Part shown: piece by piece, positions 48,599 through 59,773 of the stretch | Layout of the letters: each line of letters opens with the position of its first letter | Numbering within the stretch: the stretch's first letter is position 1 | Assembly: GCA_002269645.1 (NCBI GenBank) | Contig: NIVC01001546.1 | Coordinates: forward strand, 62,001-126,000 | DNA from: Macrostomum lignano | Lineage: Eukaryota | Direction of reading: 5' to 3' | Length of the DNA: 64,000 bases | Translations under genes and position numbers: made by a program | Notes under the pieces: generated by a model | Told to the model about the DNA's origin: nothing | The model's database searches: none | The model's input: the letters and a program-made list of their open reading frames with translations, nothing else

Positions 48599-48888
48599 AC
48601 CAAGGATTACTGCACTTGATAAACCAAGGATTGGTTAAAGAAAGGAATACTGCGCTTGATACACCAAGGATTACTGCACTTGATAAACCAAGGATTACTG
48701 TGCTTGATAAACCAAGGATTACTGCACTTGATAAACCAAGGATTACTGCGCTTGATAAACCAAGGATTACTGCACTTGATAAACCAAATACTACTGCACT
48801 TGATAAACCAAGGATTACTGCACTTGATAAACCAAGGATTACTGTGCTTGATAATCAAGGATTACTACACTTGATAAACCAAATATTA
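48599..48888 (+). repeat. 24-bp minisatellite, left part
   Basis: ACTGCACTTGATAAACCAAGGATT, about 11 copies. Confidence 0.95.
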
Positions 48889-49169
48889 TACCTAGATTTC
48901 TCGGGCCGAAACATGAATACTCGTACAACCATCAGTATGTGGCCCGGAACATTTTGTCTATGGTCGAACTTAAATGCATTATATTTTGAAAAAAAACAGA
49001 TCGAACGATTGGTGTACCAAGCAAAGAGTGGTATAACATTAATTGTTCTAGTAATTACGTGCAGACGGTTAGGTAGCTACAGTTAAAAGAGTAATTGGAA
49101 TCTGGCTCCGTTCTTCTCCAGAATGACAGTCGGGTTGCCTGATGGAGTAGGTTGACTGGACACAACTTT

Positions 49170-49658
49170 TTAATGCGATACAGTAAACACCTCGGTTTTC
49201 GTAGAATCCTGATGTAGGCCGGCTGTGAGACTATGAGAAACATTGATCTTCCTCTTTTCAGAGATACGTTTGGTGTACCGGCTGACAGAATCGTTGCTGC
49301 GATGGCCTGAAAAAATATTGTTTAATTTTTGTCAATGTATATTCACGGTAATAACACAAATAATAGTAGCAGTGCGCATACATGTATAGCGTTCCACTTA
49401 CCTTTCACCGCCTTGATTTCTTCCATTGTGTGTCCATTATCGATCAGGTTTGTCACTGTCTTCGACCTAATGCAATGGTTGGTGTAGACTCGGCTGAGTC
49501 CAGCTTGATCAGAAATTTTCTTCATCATCTCGTTCAGAGTATTCTTACTCTCGTTCAGAGTAAGAGTACCAATATGTTGACGTCGAATTGATCTTGACAG
49601 CTTTTGGAAAAAGAGCGCTCATCAGCTCCGGAATCTTGGACAGGTACATATCGACAGC
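49170..49658 (-). pseudogene. Crypton tyrosine recombinase, C-terminal two exons
   Basis: Exon 49658-49402 (YLSKIPE..., KNTLNEMMKKISDQAGLSRVYTNHCIR...EEIKAVK) spliced in phase 1 over a 95-bp GT-AG intron to 49306-49170 (GHRSNDSVSRY); HxxR, H and Y intact; one frameshift. Confidence 0.88.
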
Positions 49659-50168
49659 CTTAACAGAATGAAACTTAAGCAATATAGGCTTCTGAATTTT
49701 CTGCTTTACTGCATGTCTTATTAAAAATTATATAAAGACAGAATAATCTATCGTGATAAGTGGGGGCTTTGTCCCACACCCACTGTAGCAGGCCGAAATG
49801 ATAATTTGGCCCGGCACTTTAGCAGTGGTTAATAGAACATTAATACTCATTAACGCTCGCAAAGCATGGGTATTACTATTATTGTGCCATAGACATTTGT
49901 GTCCTTGACAAAGTGGGACAAAATTTGCATTAAAGTAAGTTTGACATAGACAATCGGGCGTTAAATGTCATTAACTGCCCGCTAATTTGCATTAAAGTAA
50001 GTTTGACTCCTGCAAGCGGGCTTAAATGTAGTCTATGGTATTAAAAGGCAAGAATAAGTACCCAGCGGGCACAAAGGTCATGGTACAATAGACAGCAGGC
50101 CGCATCACTTCATTTCAGCCCGCTGTTTTAGACTATGCCTTTAACCCTCGAAATTTAGGAATAATATA

Positions 50169-50277
50169 GATATGTCTATGGTTCCTCGGGACGACATGGC
50201 ATGAATACGAGGGCTGCTGCGCTGCTGCGCAGACCTGGTATTCATGCCATTTCGGCCCTCGGAAACATAGACATATC
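50169..50277. repeat. Fold-back hairpin at the Crypton end
   Basis: GATATGTCTATG / CATAGACATATC and ATGGCATGAATAC / GTATTCATGCCAT nested arms. Confidence 0.85.
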
Positions 50278-50719
50278 CTTCTACACCTTTTTCCATTCTA
50301 TTTTGGCAAACGTGCAATCAAAGTCAAAATCTTTTCATTTAATTCAGACAGTTTATGGTAGTTCTTGGCCGGACGTGCATTCAATTCCGACAAATGTGCT
50401 TTCAAAAGCGACAATTTTCAAACAAAGCAAACAAGCTACCACGAGAAACCGACACTTTGCAATCAATTCAAACAATTTGCAATCAATTCCGACAGTTGGC
50501 AATGAATTGGCTTGTTCTGTCCTCCTATCTATGGCTCATACTGCGAAATTTCCAATCAATTCCGACAAATTTCAATCTATTTAGACAAGCCATTGGAGTA
50601 CATACTACATGTACTGTACATTTACAGTATACTTCAAAATGCAACAGGACAACTATTCAGAATAAAACTGAAACAGTCAGCAGAGTTCATGAGGTTCATA
50701 AAGATTCAGCAGTCAGATT

Positions 50720-51772
50720 TTAGCCATCAATCGGCACTTCCGCAATTCAGCGCGGTACATAAGTCAGACAAAGGTTGTACCAAGCCGTGCAGTTGGCTCC
50801 GGTGATGACGTTTACAGTACTATTCGTTACTCCCTCAAGCATATCACGCCGATATGCTGCTTTGGTTCGTCCAGCAAGAGCTTGCTGGTCGGGGTTCAGA
50901 AAGGCGTCGATGTTTGTGGCTAGCTCGACTTTAATCGCAGCCTTCCAAGCCGATATCGCATTCTCGACGGGTGTCAGGAATGGGCTATAGGGAGGCAGGC
51001 GTCGCATCTCGATAACTCCAGGAAGTTCCTGATCTTCTCCGTCGTTATGATTACTTACGTTGTCATAAATGACAAAGGCTGGCTGGTTGAATGCTTCTTG
51101 TATGTTGCCGACCAAGATGTTAAGAAATTCCGCGAATCTTTCTTTTGACATGCCGGTTGGGTACGTCTGGAAGTGCAGTACTCCGATACCAGGTGTAACT
51201 GCACAACAGACCGTCAGTCGTGGGCCCTTCGATCCTGCAACACGCCGATATGCTCTCTGACCCTGTTGAGCACGGCCCTGCCACTTCAGTGTCCAGCAGT
51301 CGAACCCAAATTCGTCGACGTAAACTTTCGGCCGGTTTCCAACTTAAGCTGAACACCACCATTCGCAATAGGCACGACGCAGTTTCAAATTAGCTGGTGA
51401 GTTTCGCTCTACTGGCTGGTCTCTTAGCAACTTAATGGTGTAGATCATTCCGTCTAGATGACGACTGATTGTAGAAATTGCTACTTCGGGTTTTTCAGGA
51501 AATCGAGCATGAAGGCCAGTCTTCAGTTCGGCTAGAGTAACACAGGGGTTAACTTGAATCGACTCTTCAAGAAAATCCAACATCTCTTGATCCACTCTCA
51601 CATGCTTGGGACCTCCTTTTGGCATTTTAGCTGGCCTTCCGCTTTTCACAATTGTATACGCCGTTGTTCGCTTGATGCCCATTGCTTGAGCAAGATGCAC
51701 AAAATCGTCTCCGTTTGCGTGTGCATCGATGAGCCTCTGCCGATCATTGTCACTCACTTTTGCATTCGGCAT
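50720..51772 (-). pseudogene. Tc1/IS630-family (DDE_3-like) transposase, DD32E, two nonsense codons
   Basis: N-terminal HTH; YVDEFGF (D1), IYDNVSNH (D2), LPPYSPFLTPVEN (E, 32 residues between D2 and E); stops at 51344 and 50747, natural end IAEVPIDG* at 50720. Confidence 0.9.
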
Positions 51773-51829
51773 TACGAGCGTATTCTTGAGGTCTTCTTCT
51801 GTACAATACAATTCGATTCAAAAAGCTAC

Positions 51830-53145
51830 CCAAAAGGCTATCCCAAAAGTAAGTTTCGCTATGCTATAAAAGACAAACTAGTGACCCAACAATCAACAAA
51901 ACTTTGCAACTGCAAAATGAACTCATAGTTACTCTACTAATTTGCCGCCGAGGTCAACGCGCTTCTGCCAGCGGTGCACCCACGCCTCAAAGGCAGGGCT
52001 GCAACCGCCGATGGCCAGATGCCGTAGAGCTGATGAAGCACTGTTATTAATCTGTTCGACCGAGGCAAAACGTTGACCACGAAGACTCTCCTTCATCCTT
52101 GGGAAAACGTAGAAGTCCGCCGGAGCCAAGTCAGGCGAATAGCGCGGCTGAGGCAGAACTTCCCAGTCCCAGGACTCCAGGAACTCTTCCACTCTTCTGG
52201 CGCGGTGCACAGGCGCATTGTCGTGATGAAAAATGACGCCTCTCTCCAGCAAGCCAGTCGCTTCTTTCTGATCGCCGGTCGCAGTTTCTCCTGCAGAATC
52301 CATTTGTAATATTCGGCGTTCACCTTGGTACCGACTGGCACAGGCCAGTCCACCAGAATGCCATGGACGTCGAAGAAGATGATGTGCATCACCTTCGTTG
52401 AACTCTGCTTGCGCTGCACCTTCTCCGGGCTTGCTGATCCCCTTGGAAGCCACTGTGCTGACTGGCGCTTCAGCTCAGGATCCCATTTGTAGACCCAAGT
52501 CTCATCTCCTGTCACAATCCTGCTGAGGAAATCGTTGCCTTCTCGATGAAATCGACGAAGGTGCTCTCTGGACAGCCTCACCCGCTCCTCCATCTGCTCT
52601 TCTGTCAGCAGGTGGGGCACCCATTTGGCGAAGATCTGCATGCCCAAGTTCTCAGTTAGAATGCGATGCACCGTGCTGTGGGGAATGTCTAGAAGTTCCT
52701 CGAGCTCAGCGCAAGTGAGCCTGCTGGCCTCTGTCACCGCATCCTTCACACACTCGGCATTTGCGTCGTTTGTTGCTGTTCTCGGCCTTCCGGAGCGCTC
52801 TTCATCTTCCATGCACAGTCTCCCTCCCTGGACCTCACGAACCCACTTGCGCACTGTCTGAATTGATGGAGCTTCCTCTCTCAAAACGTCTCCAAGCTCT
52901 TCATGAATTACACTTGCCGATTTTCCAGCCAAAACTCCAAACTTGATGATGTTCTGAACCTCAAACCGAGTGAACGAAGCTGACGCGGCCATCTTTGCAA
53001 AAGTCTATTTGATTTAAGTGATGCTCTGCAGCTTGTGAGCAAAGACTACTTAACAACTCAGGACGTTACACTCACGATTGGTAGAAATTCTAGAAAAGGC
53101 CGCTTGCTTTAGCTGTTTCTATGGCTTTTCAATAAGCCTTTTTGA
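51830..53145 (-). mobile_element. Mariner element nested in the TIR element; ends approximate
   Basis: About 1.3 kb; degenerate end motif CAAAAGGCT(T)AT...AAAAG on both sides; transposase inside. Confidence 0.6.
51929..52992 (-). pseudogene. Mariner transposase, DD34D, frameshifted
   Basis: WVPHLL, IVTGDETWV, HHDNAPVH, YSPDLAPADF (34 residues between D2 and D3); frameshift near 52260. Confidence 0.95.
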
Positions 53146-54439
53146 TAAAGAATCAAGTGCTAACCTATCTAGTGATAGGTGCTCATAAACTGTTCGCTAT
53201 ATATATTTTATTTTTACGAATATACAATTAATAAATACAAATATAGTCGTTACAAGAAGTACATTACAACTAAAGAGTAGGATATGCAACTGATGGAACT
53301 CTGTATACAACTGTATGAGGCAAAATAGATTCAGATGAACATAAAGTTGTTTAAAAGAGAGACATTCAGCTAGGTTTCAGTTTGCGAAGTCGGCGAGAGC
53401 AAGCGGTGGTTGATTGCCTGAAAGTCTCGGATTCTCTGCCTGAAGTCTCGGATTCCTTTATAGATGGAGTTGGCCAGCCTTCGAGACACTCGCACACAAA
53501 TTTTTTTCGAATATTTTCTCAAACAAGCACGGAACTGTCAACACAACGCTGCCCAGAATCGCCTAGAAGAAATTGCTGACGTGGATCAGATTATTTTACC
53601 GGTAGACAGATCGACTGAAGCGCAGCTATGTGAGAATGAGCTGCAGGGCTTGCAGAGATTTCATAGCTGCGCCTCCTGTTGAAAATTGCTTCCAGTTGAC
53701 TGCGCTGCAGCCTGTGCTGAAAACCAACTCCCATGTAGATGCTAGCCTTCTACAGATAAAATTGAATAATCACCGCAATACAGTCACTCGCGTATCTTTA
53801 TAGTAGGGACGAGAAATTTGGGTCAAAATTTCGTACAAGCAAACAAGCAAGATTTTCATTTTTAGTATATGACAGTTACATGAATTACCTTAACTTGCAC
53901 AGGCAACGCATTGAGCCATGCCTCAGCTTCAGCTTCTTCCTTTGGAAAGCCGAAAACAGTGCATTTTTCGCCGCTTTTATAATTGCTTCTGCATCCTGGG
54001 ACGCAGCATTCATTGGCATTTTGAACAAAAAGAACGTGTGATAAGAATTTGGACTAAAAACAAAACTTGTTGCTTCACTTTGGATACCTTGCACTGAGAG
54101 TATGAGAGTTTGTATTTCAAAATTGTAATTTGATTTCAATCTTGATTGAAATTTGTCGTAATTGATTGGAAATATCGCAGAATGAGCCATAGATAGGAGG
54201 ACAGAACAAGCCAATTCATTGCCAACTGTCGGAATTGATTGCAAATTGTTTGAATTGATTGCAAAGTGTCGGTTTCTCGTGGTAGCTTGTTTGCTTTGTT
54301 TGAAAATTGTCGCTTTTGAAAGCACATTTGTCGGAATTGAATGCACGTCCGGCCAAGAACTACCATAAACTGTCTGAATTAAATGAAAAGATTTTGACTT
54401 TGATTGCACGTTTGCCAAAATAGAATGGGAAAAGGTGTA

Positions 54440-54617
54440 TTATTGCGCTTGATAAACCAAGGAATTTCGCACTTGATAAACCAAGGATTAGTGCGCTTGA
54501 TAAACCAAGGATTACTGCACTTGATAAACCTAGGATTACTGCACTTGATAAACCTAGGATTACTGCACTTGATAAACCAAAGATTACTGCACTTGTTAAA
54601 CCTAGGATTGCTGCACA
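54440..54617 (+). repeat. 24-bp minisatellite, right part
   Basis: Same unit and orientation as 48599-48888, about seven copies. Confidence 0.95.
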
Positions 54618-54619
54618 AT

Positions 54620-54815
54620 AAGTGCTACAAATTCATTCTATAAATTCGATGAAAGCTAGTCTAGATGTGAACAGACAGAACTGTTATTACAGCGACCCCG
54701 GTGAAAATCTCGGTAGTATAAAATATTTTTTTATTGAAAGGTTTTATCAAAGTAGTATTGGACTTGATGAGAATGGGATTATTGCACTAGCTGAGACATA
54801 GATTATTGCACTTGA
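54620..54815 (+). mobile_element. tRNA-derived SINE-like head, copy 2, with residual 24-bp units
   Basis: AAGTGCTACAAATTCATTCTATAAATTCGATGAAAGCTAGTCTAG... homologous to 48447 onward; GATTATTGCACTTGAT units follow. Confidence 0.55.
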
Positions 54816-54989
54816 TTCCCCTTGCAGAAGCGTTGTTGATAGTTGTTTTAACGTATAACTTTAGTGGTATAAAAATAGATGAGTGTAAATTATAGACTCT
54901 GGGTAGCTATAAATGAGTGTAGTCTCTCAATCTCGCGAGTGACGCAACTTAGCGTACGCCACGCGGCGGACTTGGTTTCAGGAATAAAT

Positions 54990-55071
54990 CTCTCCTATAT
55001 ACTCGTAGGTCCCTAATTTGGGACTCTATATAATTTTAAAAAGTTTCTTTGTGTAAAATTCAAGCAGAAAA
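54990..55071 (+). repeat. Dispersed repeat, copy 1 (partner at 62606-62681)
   Basis: CTCTCCTATATAC...TTTGGGACTCTATATAATTTTAAAAAGTTTCTTTGTG. Confidence 0.7.
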
Positions 55072-55149
55072 GTTTACTGTATATTTATTGTCAGCCATTC
55101 CGATATTTTGGTTAGTTAGATTACTTTAAATGTACATGTTTGTGTGCGT

Positions 55150-55400
55150 GATCAATATGGTAGCAGCCCTAGACACTCGAAATTGCGGGAATTGTCCAAA
55201 ATTGCAATCTGATTGTAAGTGTTGGGCAATTATTGCAAATTGATTGCAAGTCACTTGCAGGTTTTGACAAGCTGATTGCCAATTTAATTGCAATCTTGGC
55301 AATCCGTCTTAAGCAGATTGCAATTGTAACAATTGGGCGTAAGTGAATTGCAATTTTATAAATTTTGATTGCAATCGGATTACAATTGGCATAATTGAGG
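55150..55400. repeat. ATTGCAAT/GATTGCAA motif-rich segment, probable DNA-transposon subterminal array
   Basis: Many ATTGCAA/TTGCAAT motifs in both orientations. Confidence 0.5.
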
Positions 55401-55978
55401 TATCACATTGCTACTAATAGTAAGATGCATGATTTATTTAAGGAATGAAGTTTATACTTCATCCATTTTTATTCAAATTCGGTCAATCAAGTCAAATTTT
55501 GTCATTTGTAATATTTATGTGCCTATTTTTATTCCATTACATCTACCAATAAATGAATGATGACACTTTTAAGAAGTACTCATGCACACAAGTATTGAAG
55601 TCTTTTTATACTAGCTGCATAGCAACAGCAAGAAGCGAATCCACAGCTGACAGATTCATTTCAATTTAAATATATTTGAATCACACAATTGCGCATTAAA
55701 AACATAAATGCGTAGGTATGTAGGCATGCGTAGCTAACGACTGACAACTGGCAATTATTAGTGTTACTAGTCGCTACACGAGTAAGAAGTTTTCGAAGTG
55801 TACTAAGCACAAGAAGTAGAGTTATTAATTCTACATTTTCAGTCAATTAGATAGATATCAAGTAAAAAAAAGTAAAATAAATTTTATTATCTCATACTTC
55901 TGCTCAAATGCAAAAAGCATCTGCTAAATTACCAGCAACCCAGTCGTTAGGAAACTGACCCGTTGGTCGACGATGCAC

Positions 55979-57990
55979 CTAGCCATATTCGTGGCGGGAA
56001 CAGTCCGGAATAACGAGGCACAGCTCATTATTAGGGAAAATACCATCTAAGGTAATGCATTGATGTAGAAAGCTATCAGCTACTGGTATAATGCAGCTGT
56101 AAGTAGATGGGGAGCAGACAAACAAAAACACATTAGCTAATTTTTCTAATTCAGCCGCGATTGGTACATCAGACAGGCTTAAAAAATCATTGAAATTGCA
56201 GACATCTAAAAAATTAACTTGAGCCAAGATGGTATTCTCGTTTGAGAACAGCAATACTTTGAAAAAACTGCCATCCTTCAACTGAACAATGCATGATCGG
56301 TTAGGTGGGAGGCTTAATGAGCTACTGTAGAAAATGCGCTGACCAAAGGATACAGCAAAAGGGGATACATATTTCCAGACAGCTTGAGAATTACTTTTAA
56401 AAGTTTTAAACTTTGAAGCTAGAAAGTGCTAAATGCGCGTATTGCGTGCCGACGCCTCCTCCTTCAAACAGAAGACGCTCCATTTTCGTAAAAGGAGCTT
56501 CTCGCATATCTGCTTGAGATGAAATCGAGGGCCCTGGCAATAATTCTTTAAGGTTGAGAAGTGGCTCTCAAAGGAAAACATTGAGTAGCCTGACAAAGGA
56601 CCGAAATTAAGCAGCTGCTCAGGCAAAAGGCAAAGCAAATGAGAGTTTATGTTTACACATTTTAATCAAATTCAGTTCCTAGAGTTGACAAGAAATATGG
56701 AATGATTTTAGACAGAAGTGGGATATATCGGTCGCAATGTTCGGAATTTGATACAAGACAAGTAAGGGAAAAAGCGAGCAAAGCAACGGCAAATCCTTGG
56801 TTTCTTCTACTAAAAGAATGAAAAGCAAACACAGGGAAAAGATACAAAGCTACGAACATGTAATCTTTTGCTTTCCAAGAGGAGCGCATATCAAAGCAAA
56901 AAGGTACTGTGATTGATTCGGCAACTCTGATCCTCGTTACAAAAGTATTAAAAAGAGGCATGGATCGGCCAAGAAAGCAGCTTAGTTGACGGTACGATCC
57001 GTCGAACATGTATTTTATAAGGGTACCGCAACAATTTTCATGAAAAAAGTGCAAAGAATCGAGCAAAACACATTCCGGAATTCTTAAGTACTTCCTTAAA
57101 ACTGAGTCTCCTTTAATACCATAAAGGCTCTTTACACCCGAGAGAGCAACAAGTTGAACACGCTTTGAATATGTAGCATTTGACACAGAAACGAATGGAT
57201 CGGAGTCAGGATACTTGCGTGCGGATCCATGTCCGACCTTAGCATTGTTACCAGGATGTTCGCAATAGACAACCAAAAAGGCCATTAAATTGTGTGTAGT
57301 TTAGAATGCTGGCCAAAGCAGGAAGGTCGAAAGTCGCAGAAAAGAGCTCAGGTCGCACAAACAGCTTTTATTGGATAGAAAAACAGTATGTTTTTGTAAA
57401 CAGAGATGCCAGATGATCATGCCAGATGAATCAAATTTTCAGATTAAGAAAATTTATCTTAACACTGCCATTTCAGTGTTAAGACAAAATGATGGAAGAG
57501 TGTATTGGAGCATAAGCATACAAGCAACATATATAAAGTACATAGAAAGCAAAATTAATGGAATTACAAACTGACAAAAAAATTGGCCATACAAGCATTG
57601 CGAATGGCAGATGTGGCCCTAGGAGGTGGGACAGAAAGGGTGCATTTTAGTAGTAGGTGACTCATCATACAACTATAAGATTAGGCTGCTTGGTATAGGT
57701 AAGCATATGTATATATCAGAACTTCTGAATGCAAGCCTCAAGTTAGAAAAGTCTATAAATTCTACAATCCACAGAATTTCCACATAAACAAAATTTTTGT
57801 TTTCTCATGCAATCTGAACTGCCACAATGAAGTGCCAAGAAGGCATTTAATATACTAATTTTGTAGGCTAAAAACTGCTGAGCATTAAATGGCCTTGCCC
57901 CCATCCCCAAGGAGACATATAGATCCATATTTACAACAGAACAGTAGTGAAATACACCAAAATTCAGTAACAAAAAGGCTTGCATTTTTT
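55979..57990 (-). pseudogene. EnSpm/CACTA-like transposase, near full-length but degenerate
   Basis: FSATFDLPALASILNYTQFNG, CEHPG, YGIKGDSVL, LLDSLHFFHE, LPEQLLNFGPLSGYSMFSFES, NRSCIVQLKDGSF. Confidence 0.85.
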
Positions 57991-58222
57991 CAGCTGATAG
58001 AAATCAATATAAAATTAGTTGCATTACTTAAATTGCCATTCAATTTTACAACTATTCACACTGAAAAACAATAATTTAACAAATGCTACTTTTCCATAAA
58101 AATGACAAACTATGCACAAATTATGCACTGCACCTACAGCAAAAACAGGACACATAAACAAACAAAAGCACATTAGACACATTATTACTATTTCTTGTTG
58201 CAGTTTGTCAACATGTCAAAAA

Positions 58223-59470
58223 TTACTTTCGCCTACTCACCATGTCACGGAACATCTGGTTAAGTGATGTCCTTACAAGCTTCCAGCAGTAGTTCATTCC
58301 AAACCATTGATTAAGCACAGATCTAATTTGCAATACAGTCTCCTGATCAACAGCAATTCTTTCAGTTTTGGCATGTGGCTCAATGATGACAGTCTTGCAA
58401 AATTCTTCTCCAAATTTGCGAACAACAAATTCACGAGCAAACAGATTAGGTGGTAGAGGCAATTGAGAAAGCTGAAAGTTCTGACCATTGAAACCAATTG
58501 TCACCTGGTCCTCCTTAGTTGTAATCTCAGCATTCAGACCGAAGCCTTGTCGAATCAGTTTATTATGCTCTTCTTGCAGACGAATCATTTTCTTCATCAA
58601 TCCTGTCTGAATTCGAGCTTCAAGCAATAACAGATCTGATACTCTGGGCTCAGCCAAAGCCATAGGTAAAGAGTTGGCAGCTGCTGAAGATTGCCTTCTG
58701 GGATCACTAGTAGGAAGTGACCTCATAGATAAAAGTTCATTGCTTGATCCTTGTGCTTGCAGTGGGCTTGCAGTTGCTGTTGCCCCAATAGAGCTTGAAC
58801 CTTGCTTTTTGTAAAAAATTGGTTCTTGTGGCAATAGCAACCTTGGTGGTGTTGAGACAATTGAACAAGTGCTACCTCTGGCTGCTAGGTCAGCACTAGT
58901 GATTGTAACCTTTTTAGGAGGCTCTAGAAGATTGCCATGTCTTTAGCAAATCCAATTCCTTCTGCTTCTCATTAGAAACACTTAGCTGGGCAATAGTGCT
59001 AAGACGCTTGGCAATGGTTGTCCTGTTTTCCTCATCAGGATCATAATTCTCATCTTTCTCTTCATCATCACCATCATTACCATCTTCAACATCCGATGCC
59101 AAATGCCGATCATCAAGGTCAACTGCCAACTCTTGGTCCAAATTTTCAAGAATAGCATCAGTGCTATAACCAGAGTGAGCAAGGCGATCAATAGTTCGTT
59201 CCGCCTTTTTGATTATAGCATAGGCACCAATCTTGACAATTATAGCATCATGTAATCCATTTTTATCTCGAAGTTGGATTCGTTGGCCTTCCTTGAACTG
59301 CATCTTTTCAGCCTTATCAATATGGCTAAGAAAACTAGAATTGATATAGACTGCACCACTATGAGAATTGGTTTTTGGAAACCAACAAATTATATGGTCA
59401 AAACTTAATGTCGCAAACTTGTCAACATTGCCCCCAAGCCTTTGACGAGAGCTTAGTCTTTTCATAGCAA
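58223..59470 (-). pseudogene. BEN-domain-like partner gene upstream of the transposase
   Basis: C-terminus FAREFVVRKFGEEF...TERIAVDQETVLQIRSVL...WKLVRTSLNQMFRD resembles the BEN pattern; acidic linker; split into two frames. Confidence 0.55.
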
Positions 59471-59606
59471 ACTGAAAAGAGAAAGAGAATTGCATATAAT
59501 GCATTTAATATTTTATTAGATATAAATTTGATTAATAAAACGTAAATGTTATCAATAATATTAAATATTATTGCTTTTGATATACAATTATAATCTTACC
59601 CATAGA

Positions 59607-59773
59607 ATTCTGAGAATTTCAGCTACTGGGCATTCTGAGAATTTCAGCTATTGGGCATTCTGAGAATTTCAGCTACTGGGCATTCTGGGAATTTCAGCTA
59701 TTGGGCATTCTGAGAATTTCAGCTATTGGGCATTATGAAAATTTCAGCTACTGTGCATTCTGAGAATTCCAGC
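59607..59773. repeat. 25-bp minisatellite, about 6.7 copies
   Basis: ATTCTGAGAATTTCAGCTA(C/T)TGGGC at 25-bp intervals. Confidence 0.95.

Larger units (their letters stand above)
48889..50281 (-). mobile_element. Internally deleted Crypton element
   Basis: Contains YR exons; imperfect inverted ends (TAGATTTCTCGGGCCGAAACATGAATAC versus GTATTCATGCCATTTCGGCCCTCGGAAACATAG); flanked by TATTA direct repeats once the adjacent TIR element is removed. Confidence 0.6.
50284..54437 (-). mobile_element. Tc1/IS630-like DNA transposon with 294-bp TIRs and TA TSD
   Basis: TIRs 50284-50577 and 54144-54437, 4 mismatches, beginning CACCTTTT; TA at 50282-83 and 54438-39; internal direct repeats TTTGCAATCAATTC and CAATTCCGACA; transposase ends about 140 bp from the left TIR. 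Confidence 0.88.

Noticed and set aside
48607-49086. Repetitive ORFs (TALDKPRI, CSNPWFIK, LLHLINQG repeats)
   Set aside because: Translations of a stop-free 24-bp minisatellite; open in several frames.
50284-54437. CACTA/EnSpm identity for the CACC-starting TIR element
   Set aside because: TA TSD and a Tc1/IS630-type transposase next to the TIR favour the Tc1 superfamily.
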